Assembly: GCF_009914755.1 (NCBI RefSeq)
Contig: NC_060937.1
Origin: the human T2T-CHM13v2.0 reference genome, Homo sapiens
DNA length: 64,000 nt
Strand: one strand, 5' to 3'
Positions 39,950 to 54,089 of this stretch are shown here, in pieces. The notes under the pieces were generated by a model, which worked only from the letters and a program-made list of their open reading frames with translations, did not search any database and was not told where the DNA came from. Each line of letters begins with the position of its first letter. Within the stretch, counting starts at the first letter, position 1. The translations under genes were made by a program, and so were the position numbers.

Positions 39950-42624
39950 ATAAAAGCTATGAAAAATCACTATTCTATTGACAGTAGAAGAAAACAAATA
40001 TAAATTACATTGTATATGAGATGATAATATTAAAAACAAGGATAATGCATAAACAGGGTACTTGTAATTCTAAGGCATATGTTCCATCACGTAGTTTCCC
40101 CTCAGTCCAAGCTTATTTTTGAGCTTGAATTTTTAATGACCATTTAAGACACATGTGTCACAAATGGCTCTGAATGACATGCGGGAACATGCCACTATAG
40201 TAGCCTACTTCTGTATCCTGATGGGATATTTTTTTCCCTTGTGCTACTTATGGGACTGATATCTTAGGTACATAACTAAGAACAGGATTGATGCTATTTG
40301 CAGGTTCAATCAAGATTACATCATAAATATGGTGAAACAGAAGATCTCTTATCTAATGATGATTGGGTCTACGTACCTATGACTAGAATATATTGCAGTT
40401 CTCGAAATTTGACTTGTCACTAAGGCAAGAAAATTAAGGGCAGTCTGATACACTTGTCAGATAAAAGAAACTGCTATTGAGGATCACAGTTTAGTAAAAA
40501 ATATAAAAATAAATTTCCCAAATTTGTGGCTGCTGAGTGCCAGAGAATGCACTTCATTGCCAATCAGAGGTTTGCTTGCATTCTCTAAGACTTATTATAC
40601 ATGCCACAGCCAATAGAGAAGTGAATGGCAGGCATGACATAAACAGACATGCCTACATGTCTACATGGTGAACATCTGCATTTATTCCAGGGATGTGATT
40701 TTTAAACGTATTTAGGTGTTAGTGGGAGAAAGGAACTGCAATAGTTTTATATGAACCTTTAACTCAATAACAATAGACTTTACTTAAAACCTTTAACTCA
40801 AAAACAGTATTTACTTAAAAAATAAGGAAACCAGTGGTTTAAAATTTAAAAAACTATATTTTTTAAATTTGGGAAAATTGGTATAGACTATATCGGAAAC
40901 CACACTTCACTTGATAGGAAATGAACTTGAGTCAGACTATAATTGGAGATTGCTTCATTAATGACTATTTTAATTACAATCACTGTAATAATTAGTTTAA
41001 TGATTAAGTCTATAAATGGGATTCCCTTTTCAAAGATATTTCTAAATTTATAAGATTTATGATTTCTGAAAAGACAAGCCCTTTGAATTCCACCAGTGCC
41101 ATTAAGACTTTCTCATAATTTAAATAAACCTTAGTAACAGTAGTTGTTTCTTGTTTCAATTAATAGTCTAATTTTAAGTGGTTAAATGATAAAAAGTTAC
41201 TGCATAAATTTGTGGATTGTAAATACATATAACTGCTCAGTACGTATTGACATTATTAATACTCTTTCAGATAGGTTTAATAATTTATTAAACAACAATT
41301 TGAGTGGCTTGGCAGGAACTCTTTTGAATTCTATTTAGAATTCTGCACATAAATTTTAGCCTCTTATATTGGGCATCTTCAGACTATGATGGCTAGTTAC
41401 CAAAATAGATCTACCATATGTAGATCTATTTTATCTGCATTAGCCTAAGTCTAAAAGATAAATCATAGTTCTCCATGACCAAGCCAAATAGCATGAGTAA
41501 CAATCCTCCCCCAGCTCCATTGACCCTAATGAGAAAAGACTTGCTGATGTGTCAACATAATTTATCTTGGTACAACTGAGAAGCCATGATATCTGGTAAC
41601 TAACCTCAACTATTAATAAGTTGTTTGTTTTATTTGTACTAAGTGTTCCAGAATACAAATAATTATATCCCATTTTTTGGCTTCCAAAATTTAGCAAGAT
41701 ATAGTTGAATTGAATTGTCTTTTACAGTCTATCACCATTATGCAATTAACTGAAATGATTTAACCTCGATTAAGAAAACTACTGTTCTTATACCCAATGA
41801 TAGTAATTATTGTATTTAAAACAACAGGGGTTTTCAATACAGCCTTCTATCTAGTTAATCTTTTACCTAATTTTACATAATCAATATAAATTCTCATGAA
41901 TTGAACATAAAAAAAGGCTAGTATAAAAAATATCTTAACCAACTTTTAACCAATTTACCATATTTACTAAAATAGTCCGTTTTGTCCTAAAAATGTCCAT
42001 ATAAATATAATTTAAAATTAATTTACCGATTTTTAATATGGATGCTCACTTCTGCTCCCTGTTTTGATTGATTTGGCTAACACAATTAACTAGCATTTGT
42101 CTCCAATCCTTTTAAATGCCGGTTTCCTATGTTATTGTAAATATATTATTAAATTATTGTAGAAACTAGTGGAAAGAGGGCATTAAAAAAGAATAACTTT
42201 TACTGAAAAGTAAGTTAAATCATTTGGTAAGATCAAGTTGTAGAACAGTCACTATTAAACCTGCCAATGAATTACGAGTTTTATGTGGGAAATAAAATTT
42301 AATCAGGTGAAGAAAAGACTAAATTGAGATGCATTCCACGTTGTTTACTATATATACTGCATTTAGGTTTCCACTATATTTTGAGGAGTTCAGAAGTAAA
42401 AATTTTACTAATTTGTGTAAGAAAATATAATGCAGCATTCCAATAAAAATTATATATGAAGTATATTAAAGTATATATAATGTATATATTTTTATATATG
42501 TACCATGTTATTACATTATTTAATTTACTATTTCACCAGTTACAGAAACTGAACTAATTGCATTAAATTTAAAAATAGTATGTTTTATTTCGCTTTACCA
42601 TATATTCTACCAGAAAAACCTATT

Positions 42625-44690
42625 TCTTTCATTTTTATTTTCTTAAGGTATAAATTTGTTGATATGTAATTCAAATGCCATGTAATTCACCTTTAAAGTG
42701 TGAAATTCAAGGGTTTTTAGTATTTCAGAACTCTACATATATTGTCACAAACAATTTTAGAAGATTTCCATCACTTCATACCTATTAGCAGTAATTTCCC
42801 ATTGCCCACTCCTTCCAGTCCCTAAAAATCACTAACCAATTTTTTGTCTCTATAGATTTGACTTTGTTTACTATCTATAATGTTCTTCACTGGATCCCTC
42901 AGAATTTCCTATATAAAAGATCATGTGTTCTGCAATTAGAGATAGTTTTACTTCTTTCCTTCCAATCTTGATGACTTTTATTTAATCTTATTTCCTGATT
43001 TGTCTTGCTAGAACCTCCAGAAAAGAGGTGACACAAGCAAACATTCTTACATTTTTCATATACTTAGGAGAAAAACATTCCATTTTTCATCACTAAGATT
43101 CATGTGAGTGGTGGTTTTTCTTCAGATGCTCTTTATAAAGTTGAGAATGTCTCCCTTTATTCTAAATTTGTTAAATATTTTTATCATGATAGGGTGTTTC
43201 CTTTTTGTCAGATGTTATTTTTGCATCTATTCAGATGAGGATGTGTTTATTTTCCTTTATTTTAATATTATGGTATAGCATATGTATTGTTTTAAAGATG
43301 TTAAACCAATCTTCCATTCCTGGGATAAATCCAACTTGGTCATGGTATATAACCTTTTTATATGGTTTCTCAGTTAAGATTGCTAGTATTTTCTCAAAAA
43401 TATTACATTTATAAGAAATATTGGTCTATAGTTTTCTCCTTGAGTTTTCTTTTCTTCTTTATTTTTGTGGTCTAATTTTGGTATAATTGTAACACGGGCT
43501 TCATAGAATGAGCAGTAACATACTCTTTTGTGGATGAGCCCATAAACAATTGACATTAATTATACTTTAAATATGTTCAGAACTCACCATTAAACAATCT
43601 GGGGCTAAGCTTTCCTTGTGGGTATTTTTTTATTTACTATTTCATTTTGTGTTATAGGTCTATTCAGATTGTCTATTTCTTCTTGAGCCAGTTTCTATAG
43701 TTTGTATTCTTTTAGGAATTTGTCCATTACATGTAAGTTAACTATTTTTTGTTTATAGTTGTACATAGTGTTCACTTAATCCATTTTATTTCTATTAAGT
43801 TGTTAGTAAATTCTTCTTTATCATTGATTTTAGTACTTGGAATTTTCTTTTTTCTACTTGATCAGTCTAGCTAAAAATTTGTCAGATTTTGTTCAACTTT
43901 TCAATGAGCCAACTTGTAGCTTTGTTGATTTTCACTATTTTACTAATTTCTGTTGCAAAGACAAAATTGGTCAAGTAAAGAAGATGTTTTTATTCAGGCT
44001 AATGCAGTAGAGTCAGCACCACACATCCAAACATCAGTATCTCAGCAGGATGGTTTTGTTATATGCCTTCACAGGGAGAAATAAAGAACTGATTACTGGA
44101 TAATTTACATTTGGTATTGTTATTATGATGGTGGGAAGTCACAATCAGCTAAACAGGAAATCTTTATCTCTGTTTTTAGCTAGTTTCACAGGGACAAAGT
44201 TTAATTATTTGTGAGGCATAAAACAGGGAGTTTGTGGTTCCATGTCTGGCATCCTAAGTAGCTTCAGGTAAAGGAAAAATATCTATGTGTGATAATGTCA
44301 CAGTTAAATCAATGAGTCATTTTCGAGTCTGACTGGAATCATGAGAAGGAATGAGGAGCAAATCTTACCTAAATAATATGGGACAGGTTAGTTCTTTGTT
44401 GTTAACCACTTCCCAGACCACTAGAGGATGAAGAAAATTTTTAATTATTACTATTTTCCATGACTACCGGGCTCAGGTAAAGTACAACATCATGACCATC
44501 CTAATCTTTATCATTTATTTCTGTCTGCTTGCTTTGGGTCGAGTTTGCTCTTATCTTCCAATGCCTTAAGATGGAAGGTTATGCTATTGATTTGAATTAT
44601 TCATTCTTTTTTTAATGTAGGCATTTAAAGTTACAAATTTTCCTATAAGTACTGCTTTAGCTGCATGCTACAGTTTTGGTTTGTCATCTC
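42625..44690 (-). mobile_element. L1MB-like 3' end and ORF2 relic, interrupted by an LTR at 43950-44493
   Basis: CCATGTAATTCACCTTTAAAGTG; CATTCCTGGGATAAATCCAACTTGGTCATGG; L1 resumes at ~44495 (CTGCTTGCTTTGGG...ACTGCTTTAGCTGCAT). Confidence 0.75.
43950..44493 (-). mobile_element. ERV1 LTR (MER92-like)
   Basis: End GGGCTCAGGTAAAGTACAACAT is the reverse complement of the recalled MER92 start ATGTTGAACTTTACCTGAGCCC. Confidence 0.55.
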
Positions 44691-46140
44691 AAGGTAAAAA
44701 TATTGGCATTCCTTTTATGGTGATTATTCATTACTAAAAATTTCAGTAACAGTCATAAACCTCCTTGAGTAGAGTGAATTTGGGTCTATGAAATAGTCTC
44801 TGGACAGACTGTTGTTTGTGCAGTCTTTGCAAAGTTAATTGAACTATTTTGCGGCATGGCAATAAACATCAGTTAATTTAGAGTACTGAAGATTTTACCT
44901 CTTAAAAGAGAAATGCTTGGAATAAAAACAAAATAATTATTAATTTAAAAGTTTTGTTTAAAGAGCCAGGAGTTTAATCCTGAGTCTATTTAGTCTAGCA
45001 GGTTCCAAGAGGTTAGTAAAAATATTTTGGTTACATACCATTACTCATTGAGATTTTTGAAAAAAGAGTTCAGTGTTCTTGGGGATGTTACCTGTAGTTT
45101 TGATTATCATTTTTATAAAAGCACGCATGACCAAAGCATTTTACATAGTGGCTGAAACATTGGCTCAGTCATGGAGAAATCCAGACCATGCTTCATCTAC
45201 TGCAATCATGAGTCTTTCAAGAACTATGTAAAATTATTGGGCTTTTGCTGAGAATACTTTTTCAGGTGCTGGGGTGGAAAACCAGCTATGAGTCACCTTA
45301 CAGTCCCAATAAGTGTCTGAACATTGAAGTTTTAATCTTGGAACTAAATTGGAAGCATTCATTTAGAGGGCTGTAGCTAACATTGAAGGAAACTGCAAGA
45401 ATTTAAAATTTGCATAGAAAATTTCTAGTTATCTCATGTTAATACGTTGAGCAGACACTTATAGAACCTATACCAATAACTTTATTGTCATGATCATAAG
45501 AATGTTCAATAACAATTTCCAAATTCTGTGAGCTTTAGCAGGTAAAAAAATAATAAATGCTTCATTTCTGTTTATAAGAAGCTTAGTCTACTAAATTGTT
45601 ATGAGTTATAGATAGCTTAAGAGAAAATAAATGGTTCTGTATATCGAGAAAATATATTAAAATAGTAGCAATATTCCAAAAAAACCCCATAATCATCATT
45701 CATCAGGTGCATTCAGTCCTATGGATTTAATCCTTGTTTTGCTTGATATCGGTGTAGCAACCTCACAAACACATCTGCTTCTCCAAGAGAGTTCTGAAAA
45801 TTCTGAGTCAGTCTACTGGTATAGTCTCAAAATTACTTACAAAATGCCATCAGAAGTTTATGTCTAAGAATGCCTGGGTAGCATAGTTATTTTCTAAATT
45901 TCTGATACACTTTTTGTGAAAGTCAAAGCATTTTACTCTCATTGACTTTCAAGAGCTTTCAGGGAAGCATCAGAGCAAAATAACTATATTTAGATGATAA
46001 AAGGCTCAAAATCACTGTTGTTTAACTTATTAATGATAAATTTCAAAAGTAAAATATCTAATAAGAGTTCATTATAGGAACAATGTAACTGACAAGAAAA
46101 TTTTGTTGTTTCTGTGGCATACAAAACAAACTAAAGATAT
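44690..46140 (-). mobile_element. Degenerate ERV1 (MER4-group) internal sequence, part 1
   Basis: CTAAATTGTTATGAGTTATAGATAGCTTAAGAGAAAA and CTTTCAGGGAAGCATCAGAG resemble MER4-group internal consensus; family not resolved. Confidence 0.55.
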
Positions 46141-49100
46141 TAAACATACAAAGAAGAGCTGGTACCAATCTTACTGAAACCTATCGCTGAAAAATTAGGA
46201 GAAGGGATTCTTCCTTAACTCATTCTGTGAAACAGGTATCACCCTGATATCAAAATTAGGCAAGGACACAACTAAAAAAGAAAACTACAACCAATATCTC
46301 TGTTGAACATAGATGCTAAAATCCTCAACAAAATACTAGCAAACCAGCGAACCCAGAATATCTGAGACAGGTCCCTGTTAATTTAGAAAGTTTATTTTGC
46401 CAAGGTTGAGGATGCACACCCCTGACACAAACTTAGCGGGTCCTGATGACATGTGCCCAAGGTAATCAGGGCACAGCTTGGTTTTATACATTTTAGGGAG
46501 ACATGAGACATCAATCAATATATGTAAGATGTACAAGGTCACAGGATGACCTGGAATGGTTGCATTCTTTTTAGTTTCCCATTAGCTCTTTTTGGTTTCT
46601 GGTTAGCCTTTCTAAAGGAGGCAATCAGATATGCATTTATGTCAGTGAGCAGAGGGATGACTTTGAGTGGAATAGGAGGCAGGTTTGCCTTAAGCAGTTC
46701 TCAGCTTGACTCTTCTATTGAGCTTGTTGATTTGGGGGCCCCAAGATTCATTTTGCTTTCACAAGCCAAATCCAACTGTACATCAAAAAGATAATATATC
46801 ACTATCAGGTGAGTTTTAACCCAGGGAGCAAGTATGGCTCAAGGCACACAGATCAATACATAACAATAAATGCGATTCACCATACAAACAGAATTGAAAA
46901 CAAAAAAACATGGTTACCTCCATAGATGCAGCAAAAACTTTCAATAAAATTCAACATTGCTTCATGATAAAAACCCTTAACAAAATAGGCATGATAAAAA
47001 TCCTTAACAAATTAGGCATATACCTCAAAATAATACTAACCATATTAAAACAGGCGCACAGCCAACATCATACTCGATGGGGAAAAGCTGAAAGCATTTC
47101 TCCTAAAGGATGCTCACTCTTACCACTCCTATTCTACATAGTCCTTAAATTCCTTGTTCAGTCAGGCAAGAACAAGAAATAAAAGGCATTCAAATTGGAA
47201 AACAGGAAGTCAAATTATCTATGTTTGCTGATGACATGATCTTATACATAAAATATCCTAAAGACTCCAAAACAGTATTAGACTTAATAAGTGACTTTAA
47301 TAAAGTTTCAGGATACAAAATCAATATACAAAAATCAGTAGCATTTCTACATACCAATAACGTTCAAGCTAAGAACCAAATCAAAAACACAGTCTCATTT
47401 TCAATAGCCATACACCTGCACATCCACATACACACACGTACACACACCTAGCAATACATTGAACCAAGGAGGTGAGAGATCTCTACAAGGAAAACTACAA
47501 GACACTGTTGAAAGAAATCATAGATGACACAAACAAAGGGGGGGAAAACATAATTAAGATTTGAAGGGTACATTTCATCAAAATGACCATTCTGCCCAAA
47601 GCAATCTACAGATCAGCACAATTCATATTAATTTACCAACGTTACTTTTTATAGAATTAGAAAAATCAACCCTAAAATTTATATGGAAACAAAAAAGCAC
47701 TTGAATTGCCAAAGCAATCCTAAGCAAAAACAGCAAAGCTAGAGGCATCACATTACCTGACCTCAATTTATACTACAAGACTGTAGTAACCAAGACAGCA
47801 TGACATTGGCATAAAAATCGACACCTATATTAATTGAACAGAATAGAGATTCTAGAAATAAAGCCACATACCTACAACCAACCAATCTTCAACAGAGTTT
47901 ACAAAAATATACAGTGAGGAAAGGAAAAGACACTCTATTCAATAAATGGTGCTGGGAAAACTGGATAGCCATATGCAGAAGAATGAAGCTGGACCATATT
48001 TCTCATAATATATAAAAAGTAACTAAAAATAGATTAAAGATTTAAATGTAAGACCTGAACACTATAAAAATCGTAGAAGAAAACCTAGGAAAAACTCTTC
48101 TTGACATTAACATAGGCAAATAATGTATGACTAACACCTCAAATGCAAATGCAACAAAACAAAATATACAAATGGAACGTAATTAAACTAAAGATATTCT
48201 ACTCACCAAAATACATATTCAGTAGAGAAAACAGACAATATACAGAATGGGAGAAAATATTGGCAAACTGTACATCTAACAAAGGATTAATATCCAGAAT
48301 CTAAAAGGAACTCAATTAACTCAACAGGAAAAAAAACAATGCCCCATTAAAAATGGGCGGAGTACATGAATGGACATTTCTCAAAATACAGATAAGTGGC
48401 TAACAATATTAAAAAATGCTCAACATTTCTAACCTTCAAAGAAATGCAAATTAAAACCACAAGCAGGTACAATCTCACACCAGTCAAAATGTTTATTATC
48501 AAAATCAAAAAAAGATACTGGTGAGCATGCAGTGAGAAGGGAATACTTACATGCTGTTTATGGAAATATAAATGAGTACAGTCTCCATGAAAAACAGTAT
48601 GATTTCTCAAACAACTTAAAATAGAACTACCATTCAATCCAGTAATCCCACTACTTGCTATCTACCCAAAAGAAAAAAAATCATTACATCAAAAGACACC
48701 TGGACTTGTATGATTATAGCAGAACTATTTATAATAGCAAAGTCATGGAATCAAACTAAGTTTCCATCAATGAATTATTGGAAATAAAATATGGTACATA
48801 TCCACCATGGAATATTACACAGCCATAAAAAAAATGATGTCTACTGCAGCAAAATGCATGAGGCTGTAGGCTATTATCCTAAGTAAAGTAACTAAAAAAT
48901 AGAATATCAAATACTGTATGTTCTCACTGGTAAGTGGGAGCTAAACAATGAGGACACATGGACTACAGAAGGAAATAACAGACACTGAAGACTTCAAGAG
49001 AGGGGATGATGGTGGGAGTGTGGTGAGAGTTGAAAAATTACTTACTAAATACAATATTCATTACTCAGGTAATGAGGACTCTAGAAGCCCAAGCCTCACC

Positions 49101-49189
49101 ATTATGCAATATATCCATCTAACAGAGCAACCTCTGTAGCCCGAGTCTATGAAATTTAAAATAATAATATTAAAAGAAAAATAAAAAAA
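46141..49189 (+). mobile_element. L1PB (L1PB3/4-like), 5'-truncated ~2.6 kb: dead ORF2 RT/C-terminus and 3'UTR
   Basis: ORF relics IDAAKTFNKIQHCFMIKTL and FADDMILY (RT motif); L1PB-type 3' end AGAAGCCCAAGCCTCACCATTATGCAATATATCCAT; A-rich tail. Confidence 0.9.
46346..46763 (-). mobile_element. MER4A-like ERV1 solo LTR nested in L1PB ORF2
   Basis: TTAGAAAGTTTATTTTGCCAAGGTTGAGGA; GCTTGGTTTTATACATTTTAGGGAGACATGAGACATCAATC; TSD AACC/AGCC; L1 is colinear across it. Confidence 0.88.
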
Positions 49190-49337
49190 TCACTTGGGAA
49201 ATAATGACAAAATAACTATAAACATAATAGATATTTCTATTTTTAAAGAGTAGATATAATATTTAATTTATGAAAATGAGTGAACATGGTATTTACAGAA
49301 AAAAAAAAAGCACTCAGATGTATAACAATCTTGAGAG

Positions 49338-52300
49338 GGGAGGCAAAGAATGGTAACTAAAAAGAAGCCCCTAGAAATTATCCCCCGTGTAGGGATGTCA
49401 AATTGAACAACTAGCTACACAAAAAAATGCATCTTTATAAGAATCAAAAATCAGGTGACAGACAATAGAACCTAGTTTTAACATCATATCATGGAAGGAG
49501 AAACTAAAGTGGGTAGGAGAGACAGACTTGAATTCCCTACTACCCCTCCCCTATCACCTGGCAGCAGCCACATGGACCAGAGAGAGAATCTTGTGCTTGT
49601 GGGAGGGATAATGTAGGGACTGTGAAACTTTGCATTGAATCAGCACTACCCTGTCACAGTGGAAAGCAACATGGGGTAGAACTCAGCCTACACCCATGGA
49701 AGGGGTATTCAGACCAGTCCTAGACAGAGGCAATTATCCATTCCATCAGTCAGAACTTGAGTTCCAACTGGGCCCACCACCATGGACTAAAGGGTTATAG
49801 GGTTCTAAATACACTTCAAAAGCAATCTAGACCACAAAGACAGCAATTCCTGGGCAATTCTTGGTACTGAGCTGGGCTGGGAGCCACTGGACTGAGGGTC
49901 CACATGACCTAGTGGGACACCAGCCTGGGCAGCTTAGGGAGTGTTTGTGTCATCTGTCCCCGAACTCCTGGCATTGAGGGTCCCAGCTGGAGGAGAGATT
50001 CCTTCCCTCTAGAGGAGAGAGTAAAGGGGACTTTGACTTGCAACTTGGATACCAATTTAGCCAAGTACAAAAGCTCTTTGGGGCCACCAGACAGGGTCCA
50101 GAGGCCTCCATTTCAGACCCTAGATCCAGGAAAACATTTGTAAACACACCCTGGGCCAGAAGAGAACCTATTTCCTTGAAGGGAAGGACTCAGTCCTGGC
50201 AGAATTTATTTCCTTCTAACTAAACAACCTTTGGGCCCTGTGTAATCAGTAGCAGTACCCAGGCAGTGCTAGATGAAACTCAGAGCCATGCTGGTTTCAG
50301 GTGTGATCCAGATCATTCCCAGCTGTGGTGGATATAGGGAGAGAATGCTTCTGCTTGAGGAAAGCAGAGGGTAGGGTAAAGAGGATTATGTCTTGCAGCT
50401 TGGGTAACAGCTCGGCCACACTGGAGTCAAGCACTAAGCTGGCTTTTACGATCTCTGATTCCACACCTTGGCTCCTGGACAGCATTTCTAGACCTGTCCT
50501 GAAACAGAAGGGAGCCCACTAACCTGAAGGAAGAGGCTCAGGACTGGCAGTATTCACCACAAGTTGACTGAAGAGCCTTTGGGCCTTGAGTGAACATCAA
50601 TGGTAATCAGGCAGCACTTGCCAGCCTGGGATGGTGGTGACCATGTTCAGAGGCTCTTTTGCTTTAGCAAAAGGAGGAAGGGATGGGGAAGGACTTTGTC
50701 ATGTAGCCTAGATGCAAGCTCAGCCATAGTAGAATAAAGCACCAGGTAGATTCCTAATGTTCCTTATTTAGGCTCTGGCTCCTGGACAGCATCTTTAGCC
50801 TGTCCAGGGCTGAGGGGGAACTTACCACCCTAAAGAGAAGAACACGTGCCCAGCTGGGTGTGCTACCTGCTGATTTCAGAGCCCAAGGCTTGCGTGAACA
50901 AAGGTAGGGGCCAGACAGCGATCACTGCAGGCCCTATGTCAGATGCAGCACTGTGCTAGCTTCAGGTCCAACCTCACACAGTCCCATTGGTGGTGGCCAC
51001 AAGGGTTCTTGTGTTACCCCTCCTCTAGTTCCCAGAAGCTCAGCACAGAGAGAGAAACTTCATTTGTTTGGGGGAAAGTAAGGGAAGATAATCAGAATCT
51101 CTGCCTGGTAACCCATGGAATTGTCCCAGATCTTACCCAAGATCACAAAGGCAGGGCCTCTATGAGTGTAAAAGAGCCACGGAGTTACTGGGCTAGGTTT
51201 CCACTGAGGAGTCTGGCAGCAGGCTTAAAGGCCAGGAAAGACTAGCATACATAATGTGTTTAAATTGCTAAAGAAAAAAAAATGTGTCCTGTAATAGTAT
51301 ATCCAGAAAAAATATCATTCCAGTGTGAAGGAATAATAAAGACTTTTCTGGACAAACAAACAGATATGGCTGCAGTGACTAAAGACAGATCACAACACCC
51401 AAATCCCTTCAAATACTTGGAAAACCTTCTCAAGTAGAACAGGTACAAACAAGCCCTGACTGCAAGACTTCAATAAACACCTAACTCTTCAATGCCCAGA
51501 CACTGACAAACTTCTACAAGCATCAAGGCTATCCAGAAAAACACAACCCCACCAAAAAAAATTAGGCACCAGGTACCAATCCCAGAGAGACAGAGATACG
51601 TGAGCTTTTCAGACAGACAACTCAAAATAGCTGCATTGAAGAAGCTCAACAAAATTTAACATAATATGGAAAAGGACTTTAGAGTCATATTAGATAAATT
51701 TCACAAATAGATTGAAATAATTCAAAAGAATCAAGCCGAAATTCTGAAGCTGACAATGCCATTAACACACTGACGAATCATCAGAATCACTGAACAGCAG
51801 AATTAATAAAGCAGAAGAATTAGTGTGCATGAAGACAGTCAGTTTGAAAATATAATCAGAAGAGACAAAAAAACATAAAAAAGAATGAAGCACAGCTACA
51901 AGTTCTAGAAAATAGCCTCAAAATGCAAATCTAAGAGCTATTGTCCTTAAAAAGGAGACAAAGAAAGATATTTGGGTAGAAAATTTATTCAAAGGGGTAA
52001 CAGAATTTCCTAAACCTAGAGAAAGCTATCAGTATTCAAGTACAAGAAGTTTGTAGAATATCAAGGCAGATTTAACCCAGAGAATACTACCTCAGTCATT
52101 CCAATGTGTCATTCCAATCAGACTTTGAAAGGTCAAGAATAAAAAAAGGATGCTAAAGCAACAAAATAAAAGATACAAATAACACACAAAGGACCTCCAA
52201 TATGTCTGGCAGCAGACTTCTCAGTGGAAACCTTATAGGCCGGGAGAGAGTAGCATAATATGTTTAAATTGCTGAAGGAAAAACACACAAAATGCATGTG

Positions 52301-54088
52301 TCCTGTAATAGTATATCCAGAAAAAATATTACAATATGAAGGAATAATAAAGAATTTTCTGGACAAACAAAAGCTGATGGATTTTATCAATAGCAGACAT
52401 AACCTACAAGAAATGCTAAAGGGAATTTTTCAGTCTCAAAGAAAAGGATGTTAATGAGCAATAACAAATCACCTGAATATGCAAAACTCATTGGTAATAA
52501 TAAGTACACCGAAAAACATAGACTACTATAACACTGTTGTAGTGTGGAACCGATCATCTTGAGTAGAAAGATAAAGATGAACCTATCAAAAATAATAACT
52601 ACAACAACCCACAGAATGGGAGAAAATATTTGCAAACTATTCTTCTGAAAAGGAATAATAACTAGAATATAAGGAACTCAAACAACACTATAGGAAAAAA
52701 AATCCAAGAAAAGGAATAATAACTAGAATATAAGGAACTCAAACAACACTATAGGAAAAAAATCCAATAACCTGATTCAAAAATGGGCAAGATATGTGAA
52801 TAGACATTTCTCAAAAGAAGACATACAAATGGCAAACAGGTATATGAAAATGTGCTCAATATAATTGATTATCAGAGAAATTCAAATCAAAACTAGAATG
52901 AGATATCATCTTACCCCAGTTAAAGTGGCTTCTATGTTTAAAAATGCAATAATAAATGTAGGTGAGAATGTGGAGAAAAGGGAATGCTCATACACTGTTA
53001 GTGGGAAGGTAAATTAGTACAACTACTATGGAGAACAGTTTGAGGTTCCTTAGAAAACTAAAAATAGAACTACCGTATGATCCAGCACTCCTTGGTATAT
53101 ACCCCAAAGAAAGGAAATCAGTATGTTGAAGAGATATCTGCACTCCCATTTGTTGTTGTTGCTGTTTGTTTGTTTGTTTGTTTGTTTGAGGCAGAGTCTT
53201 GCTCTGCTGCCCAGATTGGAGTGCAGCAGTGTGATCTTGGCTCACTGCAACTCCTGCCTCTCAGGTTCAAGCAGTTCTCATGCCTCAGCCTCCCAAGTAA
53301 CTGGAAACACAGGCGTGCACCACAACACCTGACTAATTTTTGTTTTTTATGTTTTATTTTTAGTAGAGATGGAGTTTTGCCCTGTTGGCCAGGCTGGTCT
53401 CAAACTCCTGGCCTTAAGTGATTGTCCCACCTTGGCCTTCCAAAGTGCAGGGATTACAGGCATGAGCCAAGCACTCCCATGTTTATTGCAGTGCTATTTA
53501 CAATAGCTAATATTTGGAAGCAACTTAAATGTCCATCAAGAGACACATGAATAAATAATGTGGTACATATACACAATGGACTACTATTTAGCCATAAAAA
53601 AGAATGAGATCTTGTCATTTGTAACAACATAGATGGTACTGGAGGTCATTATGTTAACTAAAATAATCCAGGCACATGAAGACAAATTTCATATGTTCTC
53701 ACTTATTCGTGGGAGCCAAAACATTTTTTTAAAAATTGAACTCATAGAGATAGGGAGTAGAATGTTTGTTACCAGTGGCTGAAAAGGGTAGTATGGGGAG
53801 AGGGGGCATGTTAAATGGGTACAAAAATACAGTTGAATAGAATATACAAGATCTAATATTTGATGACACAACAGGGTGACTACAGTCAACAATAATTTAT
53901 TGTATACTTTAAAATAACTAAAAGTATATTTGGATTGTTTGTAACACAAAGAAAGGATAAATGCTTGAGGTGATACATACCCCATTTACCCGGATGTGAT
54001 TCTTACACATTGTATTCCTGTATCAAAATTTCTCATATGCCTTATAAATATATACACCTATTATGTACTCACAGTTTTTTTAAAAAAT
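49338..54088 (+). mobile_element. L1MA (L1MA2/3-like): long 5'UTR, dead ORF1, most of ORF2 deleted, 3'UTR
   Basis: 5'UTR with internal repeats ~49338-51450; ORF1 relic to ~52454; jump at ~52605 to ACAACCCACAGAATGGGAG; 3' end GTAACACAAAGAAAGGATAAATGCTTGAGGTG. Confidence 0.88.
53150..53470 (-). mobile_element. Older Alu (AluJb/Sz-like) with tail converted to (TTG)n/(TTTG)n
   Basis: Perfect TSD GCACTCCCAT at 53140-53149 and 53471-53480; CTCCTGGCCTTAAGTGAT diagnostic. Confidence 0.93.
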
Positions 54089-54089
54089 A

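Noticed and set aside
46910-47451. Reverse-transcriptase-like ORFs (FADDMILY)
   Set aside because: Frameshifted, stop-riddled L1PB ORF2 relic; not a functional gene or a new RT system.
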